This document shows positions 1 to 9,757 of a DNA stretch of 64,000 nucleotides, in pieces. A program made the translations under genes and the position numbers. This DNA is from a virus. The notes under the pieces were generated by a model that saw only the letters and a program-made list of their open reading frames with translations, was not told where the DNA came from and ran no database searches. Position 1 is the stretch's first letter. Every line of letters begins with the position of its first letter. The stretch lies in the IMG/VR virus record IMGVR_UViG_3300042375_000684. The stretch is one strand, 5' to 3'.

Positions 1-24
1 TTTTCCATTTATAGATATAATATA

Positions 25-471
25 TTATGATTCTTTTGATTTGTCAATAGTTTCTAGCGGAAACTCTTGTGGAAATGCAGTAATAACGACATTTTTTGAC
101 AAACCTTTTAGTGGTTTTTGTTCGATCATTTTGCAAAGAAGTTCCGCATCTTCATTATCCACATCTTCCAAAAGTGATATAAAGAGTTGTTCTCTCTTTA
201 CACTATTTAGATTATCATATCCACCACCTTTGACAAATATTCTTAGACGTCTTGCTTCTGCATATAACATACCTTCAACTCCAACATAGGAATTTTTCTT
301 CCATGGTGGTGCTGTATTAGGAATCAAAAATTCCACATTTTTATCATATGTATATTTCAAAACTGTGCGAAGAGCAGGGTTATCGTGCTTTCTAAGCCAA
401 TCCACTTTTTCTTCCACAGTCTTTAATTCTGTTGCTTTATTTACAATTTCTGCTATTGAAAATCGCATCAA
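25..471 (-). CDS. conserved T4-like phage hypothetical protein (downstream of RNase H)
   Basis: 148-aa ORF overlapping the rnh stop; resembles the small helical protein often found beside rnh in T4-like phages (from memory). Confidence 0.6.
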   Translation of the reverse strand: MMRFSIAEIVNKATELKTVEEKVDWLRKHDNPALRTVLKYTYDKNVEFLIPNTAPPWKKNSYVGVEGMLYAEARRLRIFVKGGGYDNLNSVKREQLFISLLEDVDNEDAELLCKMIEQKPLKGLSKNVVITAFPQEFPLETIDKSKES

Positions 472-1325
472 AAGTCTCCAATATCTGTTATAAGGTTCTT
501 TAGTTTACGTGTTACAAAATAGTTAAATAGCGATGATCTACCTACTTCTTTCTCTTTTGCAAATTCTGTTAGAATTTGTTCTTTATAGTTGGCAGGAACT
601 TCAGCAAGATCAATCATTGTCTTGTTGCGGAAATATCTACTTTTGGTAGTTTCATCCATATGTTCAGGGCCCCTCATCAAGTCTTCCAGTCGCTTCGATG
701 TAACGGCTTTTTGGCGTTCACCAACTACAATCGAATTGTCTGGAGACAAAATATTAGGAACTCCGTCACTGCCATCACCCCGGATAATGTGTTCAGCTAG
801 ATATTTATTTGGTTCATTATTTTGAACCCACTTTTTCTGCACTGGATTGTATTGTTTGACATTTGCATATTTTTGCAGCTGGATATAGTCTTTATCTCCG
901 GACAATACCAAAATACTTTCAGTACCATTATTCATTTCCACGCCATATTTATGACAGATAGTACCGATAGTATCATCAGCTTCGCAGTGATCAAAGTGTA
1001 ATACTTTGTATGGAAAAAACTCGTCTAGTTCTTCACGAATAGTATTGATGATACGGAATAATTCATTCCAATCAAGTTCAGACTCTTCACGAGATTTGCG
1101 GCGGCCTGCCTTGTAGTATGGAAAAATCTGACGGCGCCAAGACTTTTGACCATCTGCACAGATCACGAGTTCACCAAAATTTTCAGTAAACTTTTTTCGA
1201 TTAGCTCGTAGGGAATTTAGAAACATATGACGAATTAAATTTTCGTCAATATCAACATTTGTATGATTACCAATACTCATAAAGAGTGAGGCAAGCATGA
1301 CCTGGTTATAGTCTACAAGTATCAT
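468..1325 (-). CDS. rnh: T4-type RNase H / 5'-3' flap exonuclease
   Basis: MILVDYNQ N-terminus, YPYYKAGR, EADD, LSGDKDYIQL, GDGSDGVPN motifs. Confidence 0.93.
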   Translation of the reverse strand: MILVDYNQVMLASLFMSIGNHTNVDIDENLIRHMFLNSLRANRKKFTENFGELVICADGQKSWRRQIFPYYKAGRRKSREESELDWNELFRIINTIREELDEFFPYKVLHFDHCEADDTIGTICHKYGVEMNNGTESILVLSGDKDYIQLQKYANVKQYNPVQKKWVQNNEPNKYLAEHIIRGDGSDGVPNILSPDNSIVVGERQKAVTSKRLEDLMRGPEHMDETTKSRYFRNKTMIDLAEVPANYKEQILTEFAKEKEVGRSSLFNYFVTRKLKNLITDIGDF

Positions 1326-1383
1326 CCTATTTTATCCTTATTCAATTTTATACATAATAACTATAACATACTTTAAGCAAATG

Positions 1384-1683
1384 TCAACTATTTTCATCAG
1401 TGATAGTGAATACATTTCTTGCATAGTCCTGTAGAAAATGTTCTTCTTTTCTTAGATTTAATTGTAGTGATGTTATTGCTTCTTTCAATAAAATTATGGA
1501 TGGCAGTATTTCATTAAAATTCTCTTCGAGATTATAACCAAGTCTAACTAATGATTCAAGAGATGAACTTAAGATTGTATCAGTGATTACTTCTACTTCA
1601 TAGTCCAGTTTAGGTTCTTGAATAGTTGTTGTGTTTGTTTTACTCAATCGTGATTTAAAATCAATTATTTCAGCCATTTCCAT
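1384..1683 (-). CDS. hypothetical protein
   Basis: 99-aa ORF in operon context. Confidence 0.6.
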   Translation of the reverse strand: MEMAEIIDFKSRLSKTNTTTIQEPKLDYEVEVITDTILSSSLESLVRLGYNLEENFNEILPSIILLKEAITSLQLNLRKEEHFLQDYARNVFTITDENS

Positions 1684-2626
1684 TTAACTGCTTTAGAAGA
1701 CTAATCCATTTAGATTGAAAATGTGGTATCGAGTTTTTATTAAGTTCTCTGATTGTATCTGCAGAAAGTGCACTAATAAATCCAGGGTTTTTATGTTCTT
1801 GCTTTAGAAGTGACTTTGTCATTATATATGCAACATTTGCATGCATATTATGATTTTCAGTATAGTCATACATGACAGTTGCACCTCCTGCAGTTTCTGG
1901 GAGCGCACCTAAACTTGGGTGTATTACTGTGCAGCCACACTTAATTGCTTCAATCATAGCAATACAAGATGTTTCAGTCCAAATGCAGGGATACAAAAAT
2001 ACATGTGATTGCTTGAGTGCTGCAAGTACTTCTTCGTTTGATTTTGTTCCGTGATATGTAATCTTTGGATGTGTTTTCAAAGCATCAAAAAGTTTTTCAT
2101 AATGTTTGTCACGTTCTTTCCAACCATAGATTTCAAAAGATGAGTAGACATCCAAGTGAATATTATCAAATTCTTTTGAAAGTGCATCAAAAATTGGATA
2201 CAAAAGTTCCAGCCCGCGATGGGGTGTTGTGTGATATATAAACCGAATAGGACCAATCGGCCTTTCAATATATTCAAACTCAGTTTCAATGGCATTTTCA
2301 ATTACAGAACACATCGAATACGGAATACCATACATAGTAATATATTGATCTCTTTGCCAGTGTGAAACAAACACTAATTTTGAAAATTTATTCCACCCAC
2401 CATTTAGAAGGATTTTATTCTCTGGATCGGCTGCCAAATCATGGCAATAAAAGATATTTTTAACATCATCATAAATTTGTCTAGGTCTAGAAAAATGGAT
2501 GGCAAAATTATCTAGTAGAGATGAGGGAACCGCCGCTAAAAGCCGATCCCTCATCATTTCAGTGCCACCTCTAGCGTTTCTAGATAGATCAGTATCTACT
2601 ATTGCGCCTCGGTAAATACAACTCAT
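1670..2626 (-). CDS. GT-B fold glycosyltransferase (GT4-like)
   Basis: GGTE, TPHRGLE, YPCIWTETSCIAMIEA, GALPET motifs typical of GT4/GT1. Confidence 0.85.
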   Translation of the reverse strand: MSCIYRGAIVDTDLSRNARGGTEMMRDRLLAAVPSSLLDNFAIHFSRPRQIYDDVKNIFYCHDLAADPENKILLNGGWNKFSKLVFVSHWQRDQYITMYGIPYSMCSVIENAIETEFEYIERPIGPIRFIYHTTPHRGLELLYPIFDALSKEFDNIHLDVYSSFEIYGWKERDKHYEKLFDALKTHPKITYHGTKSNEEVLAALKQSHVFLYPCIWTETSCIAMIEAIKCGCTVIHPSLGALPETAGGATVMYDYTENHNMHANVAYIMTKSLLKQEHKNPGFISALSADTIRELNKNSIPHFQSKWISLLKQLNGNG

Positions 2627-2895
2627 GCAATAAACTCACTTGTAAAATCTTTGACTGAGTCCCATCTAAAACTGCGCCAGCCAGGTGCATTTACATCATA
2701 TACTGGCTGGACGGCGGGATTTTCTGTCTTCGATTTAGTTGTTTCGGACAATACACCATCAGAAGGAATCATTAATTCATTGAGAGTGCAATACATCACT
2801 CGCTCTTCACCATTAACCTTTGTAAATGTTACTTTACAGATTTTCTCATAAAGGGCATTTTTAATTGTGTCTCTATCTAGCAATTCCATTATCAA
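2623..2895 (-). CDS. SH3/WYL-like small beta-barrel protein (DUF2693-like)
   Basis: VTFTKVNGEERVMYCTL...VYDV...GWRSFR pattern. Confidence 0.7.
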   Translation of the reverse strand: MIMELLDRDTIKNALYEKICKVTFTKVNGEERVMYCTLNELMIPSDGVLSETTKSKTENPAVQPVYDVNAPGWRSFRWDSVKDFTSEFIA

Positions 2896-3170
2896 CCCCC
2901 AGTCATACTGAATGATTTCTTTTCGAGTTCCTTGCGTGATCCGTGCATAAGATCATTGTAGCGAACTCGAATAAATTTCTTATCAGTCTGTTCTTTATTT
3001 GGATTTGCCATAGTAACCCAAGGATTACTACCATTAATCCAAGCACTCTGGCGGTTCAACATATCTTGTCCGGTATCACGATCTGCGCGGATTGCATTAC
3101 ATGTAGCATTTGCTACATTCTTGCGTTCGCCTTTTGAGATATATGTCTTACCGCTTGCCTTTTTAGCCAT
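2892..3170 (-). CDS. basic conserved phage hypothetical protein
   Basis: 92-aa ORF with AGGAG RBS and 4-nt overlap with the next gene. Confidence 0.65.
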   Translation of the reverse strand: MAKKASGKTYISKGERKNVANATCNAIRADRDTGQDMLNRQSAWINGSNPWVTMANPNKEQTDKKFIRVRYNDLMHGSRKELEKKSFSMTGG

Positions 3171-3185
3171 AGTATATTCACTCCT

Positions 3186-3422
3186 TCATTTTTTTGGTAA
3201 TTTTATTAGACCTAAGTCCATGAGAATTTTATAATTAATTTCTGTAAGATCACCGAATGGGTTTAATCTTAGGGCCGTAATTAATCTATCTATATAAATT
3301 AATTCTTTTTCATTTTTACTTGCAATACTAAAAGATTCAAAGAAAGTTTCTATGTCATATGGATTTTCACATAATATCCTGGTCGATACCACCTTTTTCT
3401 TTTTTATTGATTTTTCTTCCAT
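3186..3422 (-). CDS. hypothetical protein
   Basis: 78-aa ORF filling the operon gap. Confidence 0.55.
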   Translation of the reverse strand: MEEKSIKKKKVVSTRILCENPYDIETFFESFSIASKNEKELIYIDRLITALRLNPFGDLTEINYKILMDLGLIKLPKK

Positions 3423-4047
3423 TGGATTCCTTTTCGTGGATCATTTGAATCGCACTAAAGAACTCTGTCTTAGTGCCGTTATTATGAACACGATAGGTGC
3501 GAATATCTGGTTGTTCAGAAAGAAGATGTGATTTTATAATAGGGGTTTGTTTGCCCAAAACAAGTTCTTCCACAAGGTTTCCATTAAAGTATCTTCTTGA
3601 ATCCGAAGAAAAATTGCAACCTTCTCGTGTAAGCTGAATGACTAATATAATTTCAGCTCCAAACTTATTTATAATTGGAGAAAGTTCCTCTTGGAAGCCG
3701 CCGTCACTGACACAGAAATTGCGGTCAGTTGTTATCTGTTCTGATAACTTTTTGCCAAAATATTCTTTACCGTATTTAGGTTTGATATATTGTTCGGAAA
3801 CATAGATCATTGCATCTCTACGACTTAATGACTGTCCGTTTATTTTTAATTGGGGAACAGGTTGCTCTTTTATTGTTCTATCATTATAACCTTTCATAAA
3901 CCAACCTTTAGAAACACCAAAGAATTTGAATGTTTCTTTGAATAGTTCTTCTTTGAATGAAAGGTGTTTGTATCCTAGTGTCTCATAAAATAAACAGGCT
4001 GCGTCTTTGCCGCAGCCTGGAGGACCATTAAAAACTATTACTGACAA
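3367..4047 (-). CDS. deoxynucleoside monophosphate kinase (T4 gp1-like)
   Basis: P-loop GPPGCGKD, SFKE, SDGGF motifs; TTG start. Confidence 0.8.
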   Translation of the reverse strand: MSVIVFNGPPGCGKDAACLFYETLGYKHLSFKEELFKETFKFFGVSKGWFMKGYNDRTIKEQPVPQLKINGQSLSRRDAMIYVSEQYIKPKYGKEYFGKKLSEQITTDRNFCVSDGGFQEELSPIINKFGAEIILVIQLTREGCNFSSDSRRYFNGNLVEELVLGKQTPIIKSHLLSEQPDIRTYRVHNNGTKTEFFSAIQMIHEKESNGRKINKKEKGGIDQDIM

Positions 4048-4260
4048 TTAAACCTCTGCACCTAGATCTGAAAAGGCGTCATCCCATTCTTCTGCTGTAA
4101 TACCAGAAAGAATAAATTCACGGTCGCTGTCAGTAAGATAGGGCATAATGTCGTGGATATTCCCATGACCTGCCTGCCATGCCATGTAATCATCAAGATT
4201 AACGGGAATGCTACGAGTACGTTCGATGCCAGAGATTACGCTTTTACGTTTGATATACAT
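4048..4260 (-). CDS. conserved phage hypothetical protein
   Basis: 70-aa ORF with GAGGA RBS; MPYLTDSDREFILSGIT motif. Confidence 0.65.
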   Translation of the reverse strand: MYIKRKSVISGIERTRSIPVNLDDYMAWQAGHGNIHDIMPYLTDSDREFILSGITAEEWDDAFSDLGAEV

Positions 4261-4305
4261 GTCGATCCATCCTCATTTATATTTGTCGTATAATTCAATA
4301 TATAC

Positions 4306-4872
4306 TCATTCATTTGGTTTGTCAACCATTTTGTTGAACCCAAGTTTTGCTATATAGTAAGCATCAACTATGTCAGAGACTGGGTTCCATATTTTCTCGT
4401 TCATTATGTCGAGTGTCTTTCGAATGTCGACATTTGTTTCTTCTAGAAAACATTCATACAAACGTTCTTTATTTGAATTTCCCTTTCCCGTGGCGTGTTT
4501 CTTTATTTCAGATGGCGCAAAAACAGAAAATGGTATTCCATCTTTCCATAATTTATATTTAAGAAGACCAGTGTTTTCGGCAATCTGAAAGACTCTACCT
4601 ACTGCATTATATGCATAACCTTCAATGAAGCATTTTTCTGCTTTATTTTCCATAATAATACGAGAAGACCAACCTGATATATTATCATATCTGTGAGCAT
4701 CCGAATCATATTTTTCGTATTCAGTCCCAAAGAACTGCCCAGAAAAAACAATCCATTTTGGTTTTGGGGAAAGATAATAAAACTTACAATTCTTGACATC
4801 CCACGTGTCACCATCGTGAACACAAATAGATGGACTTGTTAAACTATAATCAATACCAGCAATAATAGTCAT
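4306..4872 (-). CDS. RuvC-like (RNase H fold) resolvase/endonuclease
   Basis: GIDYS, IEGY and DIVDAYY acidic catalytic motifs. Confidence 0.75.
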   Translation of the reverse strand: MTIIAGIDYSLTSPSICVHDGDTWDVKNCKFYYLSPKPKWIVFSGQFFGTEYEKYDSDAHRYDNISGWSSRIIMENKAEKCFIEGYAYNAVGRVFQIAENTGLLKYKLWKDGIPFSVFAPSEIKKHATGKGNSNKERLYECFLEETNVDIRKTLDIMNEKIWNPVSDIVDAYYIAKLGFNKMVDKPNE

Positions 4873-4913
4873 AAATACCTCTACATTTTCTATAGAGGTA
4901 TTTATTTCATTAC

Positions 4914-5105
4914 TTACATGTTGTCAGAATACCGCTTCATTTGTTCTCGTGCTTCTTCCAAGTAATTAGAAGCACCACCGACTCCACCAGTTTCATCAAA
5001 CCAGACAAAGACACCTTCATCATATTGATAGATATGACTTTCAATTACAATGGGATATTTTGGTTTGGCAAGATATTCGGTATTATCATAATATTCCATA
5101 GTCAA
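4914..5105 (-). CDS. hypothetical protein
   Basis: 63-aa ORF in operon context. Confidence 0.5.
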   Translation of the reverse strand: MTMEYYDNTEYLAKPKYPIVIESHIYQYDEGVFVWFDETGGVGGASNYLEEAREQMKRYSDNM

Positions 5106-5404
5106 TTCCTTCTCATTTGAGCAACATCAATAGCGGCTTCTCTGTTATCACGCCGAATAGGAACAAGATTTGATTTGTGCATTACTGTAATTCCCATAAT
5201 CTCGTTTCCGGAATATACATTTTCAAGTTTTTTTGGTGTTTGGCCTGGAATAGTATCTGAAGTTTTTGGAAGTGTTGATTTTACTCTGTAGTCTGGTATT
5301 TCATTAACGATAATACCCTTATATCTACCAGTAAACCCAACACGAACCAAAAGTAATTCCATTTGTCTTTCAGCTTCAATTAGTGATTTTCTTTTCTTTT
5401 TCAT
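5102..5404 (-). CDS. conserved T4-like phage hypothetical protein
   Basis: GITVMHKSNLVPI motif; 4-nt overlaps on both sides. Confidence 0.65.
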   Translation of the reverse strand: MKKKRKSLIEAERQMELLLVRVGFTGRYKGIIVNEIPDYRVKSTLPKTSDTIPGQTPKKLENVYSGNEIMGITVMHKSNLVPIRRDNREAAIDVAQMRRN

Positions 5405-5706
5405 GTCAATGGTTTCAATTTGAAGTCGGGAATTTGATAAGTGTAAATCTGCATTAACATACTGACCTTGTATAGATCTTGATTCAATCTACCTTCTAGA
5501 TAATCCACAAGATCTATAGTTGAGTTTGTATCTACAAGATGCATATCAAAATCAACTTCAAGAGCTTCAGATATTGTACAATCCAAATCAATCATAATTT
5601 CTACAATACTTTGTTCATATGAACAAATAGTGACGTGAGTTTTATAATAAACCGATTCTAGTAAATTGTCAATAATTGATTTAGAATGGTTGGTCACCAT
5701 ACCCAC
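5401..5706 (-). CDS. hypothetical protein
   Basis: 101-aa ORF in operon context. Confidence 0.55.
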   Translation of the reverse strand: MGMVTNHSKSIIDNLLESVYYKTHVTICSYEQSIVEIMIDLDCTISEALEVDFDMHLVDTNSTIDLVDYLEGRLNQDLYKVSMLMQIYTYQIPDFKLKPLT

Positions 5707-5932
5707 CGATCGTATTTTCTACTTCTTTTACTAAATCTTCATAACCACCAATGTATCTATCATCCCACCATATCTGCGGTACTGTTTTTACACTAGGTAA
5801 TTTTACTTTCATATCGTTCAGATTCTTGTCATCATCTGTGTCTTTCCATTCATATCTGAGACTATATCGTTCCGCAAGTCGTTTTGCTCGGATACACCAA
5901 CCACATCTTGAATGGCCATAAATTGTAATCAT
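5681..5932 (-). CDS. glutaredoxin
   Basis: CGWC active site, TVPQI, YIGGY; start moved to the ATG of MITIYG (AAGGA RBS). Confidence 0.9.
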   Translation of the reverse strand: MITIYGHSRCGWCIRAKRLAERYSLRYEWKDTDDDKNLNDMKVKLPSVKTVPQIWWDDRYIGGYEDLVKEVENTIGGYGDQPF

Positions 5933-6165
5933 TTCTTTAAATCCTTTCTTGTAAACCAATAACTCCAAGAGTGTAGACAGTGATGTGGATCAAACCAAAA
6001 TATGGAATCAATTAACAATACTAAATTAAACTTACCTTCTCTTTTTCGTTGGTAGTTTCGTGCGCTGAAACTTTGATTGCTATAACCACCAAGAATTACG
6101 TTTAATAATATCGAAAATGCTATAAATATTCGCTGAAAATATTTCTTTATTTTTATTGGTTCCAT
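5929..6165 (-). CDS. small membrane protein
   Basis: hydrophobic segment; SARNY motif. Confidence 0.55.
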   Translation of the reverse strand: MEPIKIKKYFQRIFIAFSILLNVILGGYSNQSFSARNYQRKREGKFNLVLLIDSIFWFDPHHCLHSWSYWFTRKDLKK

Positions 6166-6225
6166 GGAATAACTCCTTCATAATGCCATGGTGTATTTAT
6201 TCCATATCAGATATCTTTTATGTGT

Positions 6226-6687
6226 TCACTCCTTAAACTCAACTGGCACACAAAAGCCATTCTTCCATGACGAATATTTTGCCTTAGCAAGACTAGTTTC
6301 AGTTTCTCCGCTGTACAGAATTTTATTGAGCTTGATTTTTTTACGCTTGTCGAGCCAAGTTCCGAGCATAATAATCCCTATAAAGGAAGCAACAAAAACC
6401 GTTAATACACCAGTTGTTACTAAAGCGTCGGCTGTGTGGTAGATAAACCCATATCCAATTGAATATACAAGCCAAATGAAGGCCGCGGCGACAGCAAGTA
6501 CAAATGTAGCAACAACAAGAACTTTAAAGATACTATAGAGAGTCAGTTGCCAATATGAACAAAGATTATCTTTACTCTGGACATATCGCTGGGCATAACC
6601 TTCACTTTTTAAAGTACCATTTGTCTGGCACATCTCAAGATTAAGTTTATAATGCCAGGAATTTTTATTTACGGAAAATAGTTTCAT
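6226..6687 (-). CDS. two-TM membrane protein
   Basis: two long hydrophobic stretches. Confidence 0.65.
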   Translation of the reverse strand: MKLFSVNKNSWHYKLNLEMCQTNGTLKSEGYAQRYVQSKDNLCSYWQLTLYSIFKVLVVATFVLAVAAAFIWLVYSIGYGFIYHTADALVTTGVLTVFVASFIGIIMLGTWLDKRKKIKLNKILYSGETETSLAKAKYSSWKNGFCVPVEFKE

Positions 6688-7163
6688 TTGATACCTTCTT
6701 CATCTAGTGCTTCACGGAGCAGTTTAAGCAATTCATCATATGTCTCTACCATAGGCATAGCATACCGATCACATACCATCTTTACATTACCATACCGATA
6801 AAACTCTTTTGGGCAACAAACAATGACATTATCGCCGTTAAATAGTCCAAGTTCAAGAAGAGTGATTGGTGCTTTTGAATCAGCAGTAAAGTAGTATAAA
6901 TTTGCATCTGCTTGCTCTTGACATTCCAGTTCCCATTCTACTTGTTCATAGAATTTTGTTCCTGGTGTTGGATCTTGAATCCAAGATGAATCCCAATCAT
7001 CGCGGCGGGGATTTAGAAGGACCAGATCGGTATAATCTGAAAGATCATTTGTTAGGCGTACTTGCCAATTCTCTGCTGCACCCATGTCGATTGATCCGCC
7101 GAGGAAAATACTCATTGACTCGTCTTGAATGTAGGGTTCTGGTGCTTTAATTACCCGTGCCAT
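6684..7163 (-). CDS. nucleoside 2-deoxyribosyltransferase-like protein
   Basis: IFLGGSI, NPRRDDW, QVEWE, PITLLELG motifs; start moved to MARVIK. Confidence 0.85.
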   Translation of the reverse strand: MARVIKAPEPYIQDESMSIFLGGSIDMGAAENWQVRLTNDLSDYTDLVLLNPRRDDWDSSWIQDPTPGTKFYEQVEWELECQEQADANLYYFTADSKAPITLLELGLFNGDNVIVCCPKEFYRYGNVKMVCDRYAMPMVETYDELLKLLREALDEEGIK

Positions 7164-7164
7164 A

Positions 7165-7617
7165 TTATACTCCGTAAATATCTGTTGCAATTTGACCTGC
7201 GCGTTTCATGTCAGCAAGTGCGCCAAACTGATCACGGAGTGCTTTCATAATTTCACCTTTCTTAGGTACAGAACTCATTTTACTGTGACCAGTCATGAAT
7301 ACTCTAAGAAATGTAGTGATTTCTTCATCTGATGCCATTTGTGGTAGAACACCAACCAGAATTTGTTTTTCAAAGTTAAGAGAAATACGACGACCATCAT
7401 CAATATTCAACTTAAGATTTTCATCAATCGTAGCAACAAGTTTTTGGATTACTTTAATTGCTTCATCTTCAGTCGTGGCACGATTACCGTTATTTTTACC
7501 TACTTTTTCAATTTCACTAAGAGCAAATAGAATAGCAGGTGCAACGGGGCTTCGTACTTTTCGAAGAGCCATAGACTCGGTTTTTAGTTTTTCTACGATA
7601 TTCATTTTACTTTCCAT
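7165..7617 (-). CDS. GatB/YqeY domain protein
   Basis: LSEIEKVGK, EKQILVGVLPQM, KGEIMKAL helical pattern. Confidence 0.75.
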   Translation of the reverse strand: MESKMNIVEKLKTESMALRKVRSPVAPAILFALSEIEKVGKNNGNRATTEDEAIKVIQKLVATIDENLKLNIDDGRRISLNFEKQILVGVLPQMASDEEITTFLRVFMTGHSKMSSVPKKGEIMKALRDQFGALADMKRAGQIATDIYGV

Positions 7618-7889
7618 TGTTTTTTTACTGATTGAATCGCAGATATCATTGCAACAGAGTTGCCTTGAACATCAACGATTCTTTTCCAATATTTGAGTTT
7701 ACGTTTTGCAATTAAAATTTCTGCTTCTGCTTGACGTTTTTCAGCAAAAGTTGATCGAGAGTTTACTGCGATAAAGTCAAGATACATCAAATTCGAAAAG
7801 TGTTTTTCATATTGTTTAACTCCATCGTAATGATAAGGATCAAACGGACCTTCGAACTTAGAAGAAGCAGTATCGTAGATGATTCCCAT
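7602..7889 (-). CDS. hypothetical protein
   Basis: 95-aa ORF downstream of a TTGACA-N17-TATTAT promoter. Confidence 0.55.
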   Translation of the reverse strand: MGIIYDTASSKFEGPFDPYHYDGVKQYEKHFSNLMYLDFIAVNSRSTFAEKRQAEAEILIAKRKLKYWKRIVDVQGNSVAMISAIQSVKKQWKVK

Positions 7890-7980
7890 GACATATTCTC
7901 CTGATTTATTAATCTATAATAATACAAGTGTTAAGAAATGTCAACTGTATTTTACGACACATAAACAACTTAAACTATCA

Positions 7981-8430
7981 CTATCGAAGTGTTCTTCGAT
8001 TTTCAACAACTGTGACCAAATCAAATCCAATAATCTTGACGGTAACCGATCCTTTATGAATTCCATCTACAGTAATTTCCATGAACCCCTCACCATTACC
8101 ATATGCTGTACCCCAAATGTCAAGCATTTCATGCACCATTTCTTCGGAGGCATAACCATCAATACACATACGAAGATTGTTTATAGAAGATGAATCCAGT
8201 GCATATGGCGATGATCCATATTCAGTGTCAAAATTCATAAACTCAATTGGCAATTCGGGATACTCTTCATCCACATCACTGAGAAGTGGTCTAACTTTAG
8301 CATCAAAAACTTTTCGAGCCTGTTCTGCACCGTATCGTTCTGCACCCCAACCAGTCAACGCAACACAAACAATCTCGTCAACATTGCCAGCATACTGGTC
8401 CAGTTTTACTACTAGGAATTTATCTTTCAT
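7981..8430 (-). CDS. hypothetical protein
   Basis: 149-aa acidic ORF. Confidence 0.6.
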   Translation of the reverse strand: MKDKFLVVKLDQYAGNVDEIVCVALTGWGAERYGAEQARKVFDAKVRPLLSDVDEEYPELPIEFMNFDTEYGSSPYALDSSSINNLRMCIDGYASEEMVHEMLDIWGTAYGNGEGFMEITVDGIHKGSVTVKIIGFDLVTVVENRRTLR

Positions 8431-8597
8431 TTCAAATCATCCAATTCAGGGTCATACTTCAAAGTTACTTGGTATTCTTTTTGTAGGTGGTCGCGTATCC
8501 ATTCTGCAACACCTGGCACCGCTTCACAGAGCGCCAGGTCTTCTAGTGTTGAATAGACTTCTTGAAGGTCTACTTGAAGGTCTACTTGAATTCCCAT
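8427..8597 (-). CDS. small hypothetical protein (56 aa, not in ORF track)
   Basis: MGIQVDLQVDLQEV...; TGATG and ATGA overlaps with both neighbours. Confidence 0.55.
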   Translation of the reverse strand: MGIQVDLQVDLQEVYSTLEDLALCEAVPGVAEWIRDHLQKEYQVTLKYDPELDDLK

Positions 8598-9748
8598 CAA
8601 TCGCCGCCTTTCAGCAAAAACGAGTTGGAAATGGTTTTGAAGCTGAAGCTCGGGTCTTCATTGCACTTCCACACAAGGCCTTCGCGGATTTTGTGACTGA
8701 TACTTGGTCCTTCTGCAAGAGCAAGACCTTCGTCAACGCTGTTAGGCGCTTTCCAGTCAGTGCCAAGAACAGGAACATGATCTAGCTCATGAAAATCGGC
8801 AACCCATTGGCGATTTGCCGGAGTAAGGTATTCGTGCTTTACAATGTCAAAAATGTCGAATACAAAGAAACGATGTTCCTTAAAGTTTTCACGGTTACCT
8901 TGGATCGAAGGCCCGCACATTTCTCCCTGAAATGCTAGACCATCTTTGATCTTATCACCAATCTTGAGAGCCATAGCAACAAAGGTGTTGCCTGCATTTT
9001 CTTCATTGATCTTGAGCTCAAGGTTACGACTGCAAACACGAAGAACACCTTCCCAGCGGAAGATTGTGCAACTCGAACCGTCCAGTTTCATTGTAACTTC
9101 GTAGGTAGGTTCTTGGAAGTCAGCAGGAACAACGACAGGATGCTCTTGAAGAGTCTGAGTCTCAGCATTCCAGACCTTCTCAGTAGCAAACCTCTTGGCC
9201 CGCTTTTGAATATCACCAAAACAGTTCTGAATACGCTCTTGATCGGTCTTGGGGATCAAGGAAGTCGGAAACATACCCACAGCTTGGCCTTGAAGCTGAG
9301 CAGGAATTGGAGATTCCCACTTTTGGATGCCGAGGTATTCAGTGCAGTCGTATCCTTCAGACAATGATACTGAAGTATCATTTGCACCAAACCAAACTAC
9401 ATCTTTCTCATCTTCTGGATTTGTTGCTCGTGGGCCAAAGACATCAAGAATGTCGGTATCGAGTAGAAGCCCTTGAGAAACCTGACCACGCAAGCGAATA
9501 GTTCGTAGACGTTCGCCTTTCACTCCGTTGTATTCGCGCGGTTCATTGCCTTTCGACAAGAAAGGAGCAAGTTCAGTTGGGACCCAAGCGTCAATTTCAA
9601 TGTAGGCTGCAAGGTCACCGACCGCAAACTCACTTTTTTTCACTACGACTTTCCAGCCGTCAATAGTTGCTACTTCGATGGCGTCAGCACCTTCGATGGG
9701 CTGAATATCGGCAATCCGACGAATAGAAGCAAGTTTACGTTCGGTCAT
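8597..9748 (-). CDS. RNA ligase, DRB0094 (Rnl2-like) family
   Basis: N-terminal OB-like RKLASIRRI...IDGWKVVV, IPKTDQERIQN, motif I KLDGSS, FFVFDI, EGLV, SFKTIS. Confidence 0.9.
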   Translation of the reverse strand: MTERKLASIRRIADIQPIEGADAIEVATIDGWKVVVKKSEFAVGDLAAYIEIDAWVPTELAPFLSKGNEPREYNGVKGERLRTIRLRGQVSQGLLLDTDILDVFGPRATNPEDEKDVVWFGANDTSVSLSEGYDCTEYLGIQKWESPIPAQLQGQAVGMFPTSLIPKTDQERIQNCFGDIQKRAKRFATEKVWNAETQTLQEHPVVVPADFQEPTYEVTMKLDGSSCTIFRWEGVLRVCSRNLELKINEENAGNTFVAMALKIGDKIKDGLAFQGEMCGPSIQGNRENFKEHRFFVFDIFDIVKHEYLTPANRQWVADFHELDHVPVLGTDWKAPNSVDEGLALAEGPSISHKIREGLVWKCNEDPSFSFKTISNSFLLKGGD

Positions 9749-9757
9749 GTGATTTCC

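Noticed and set aside
6121-6128. Plus-strand TATAAATA
   Set aside because: It lies inside a minus-strand gene with no plus-strand gene downstream; likely chance in AT-rich DNA.
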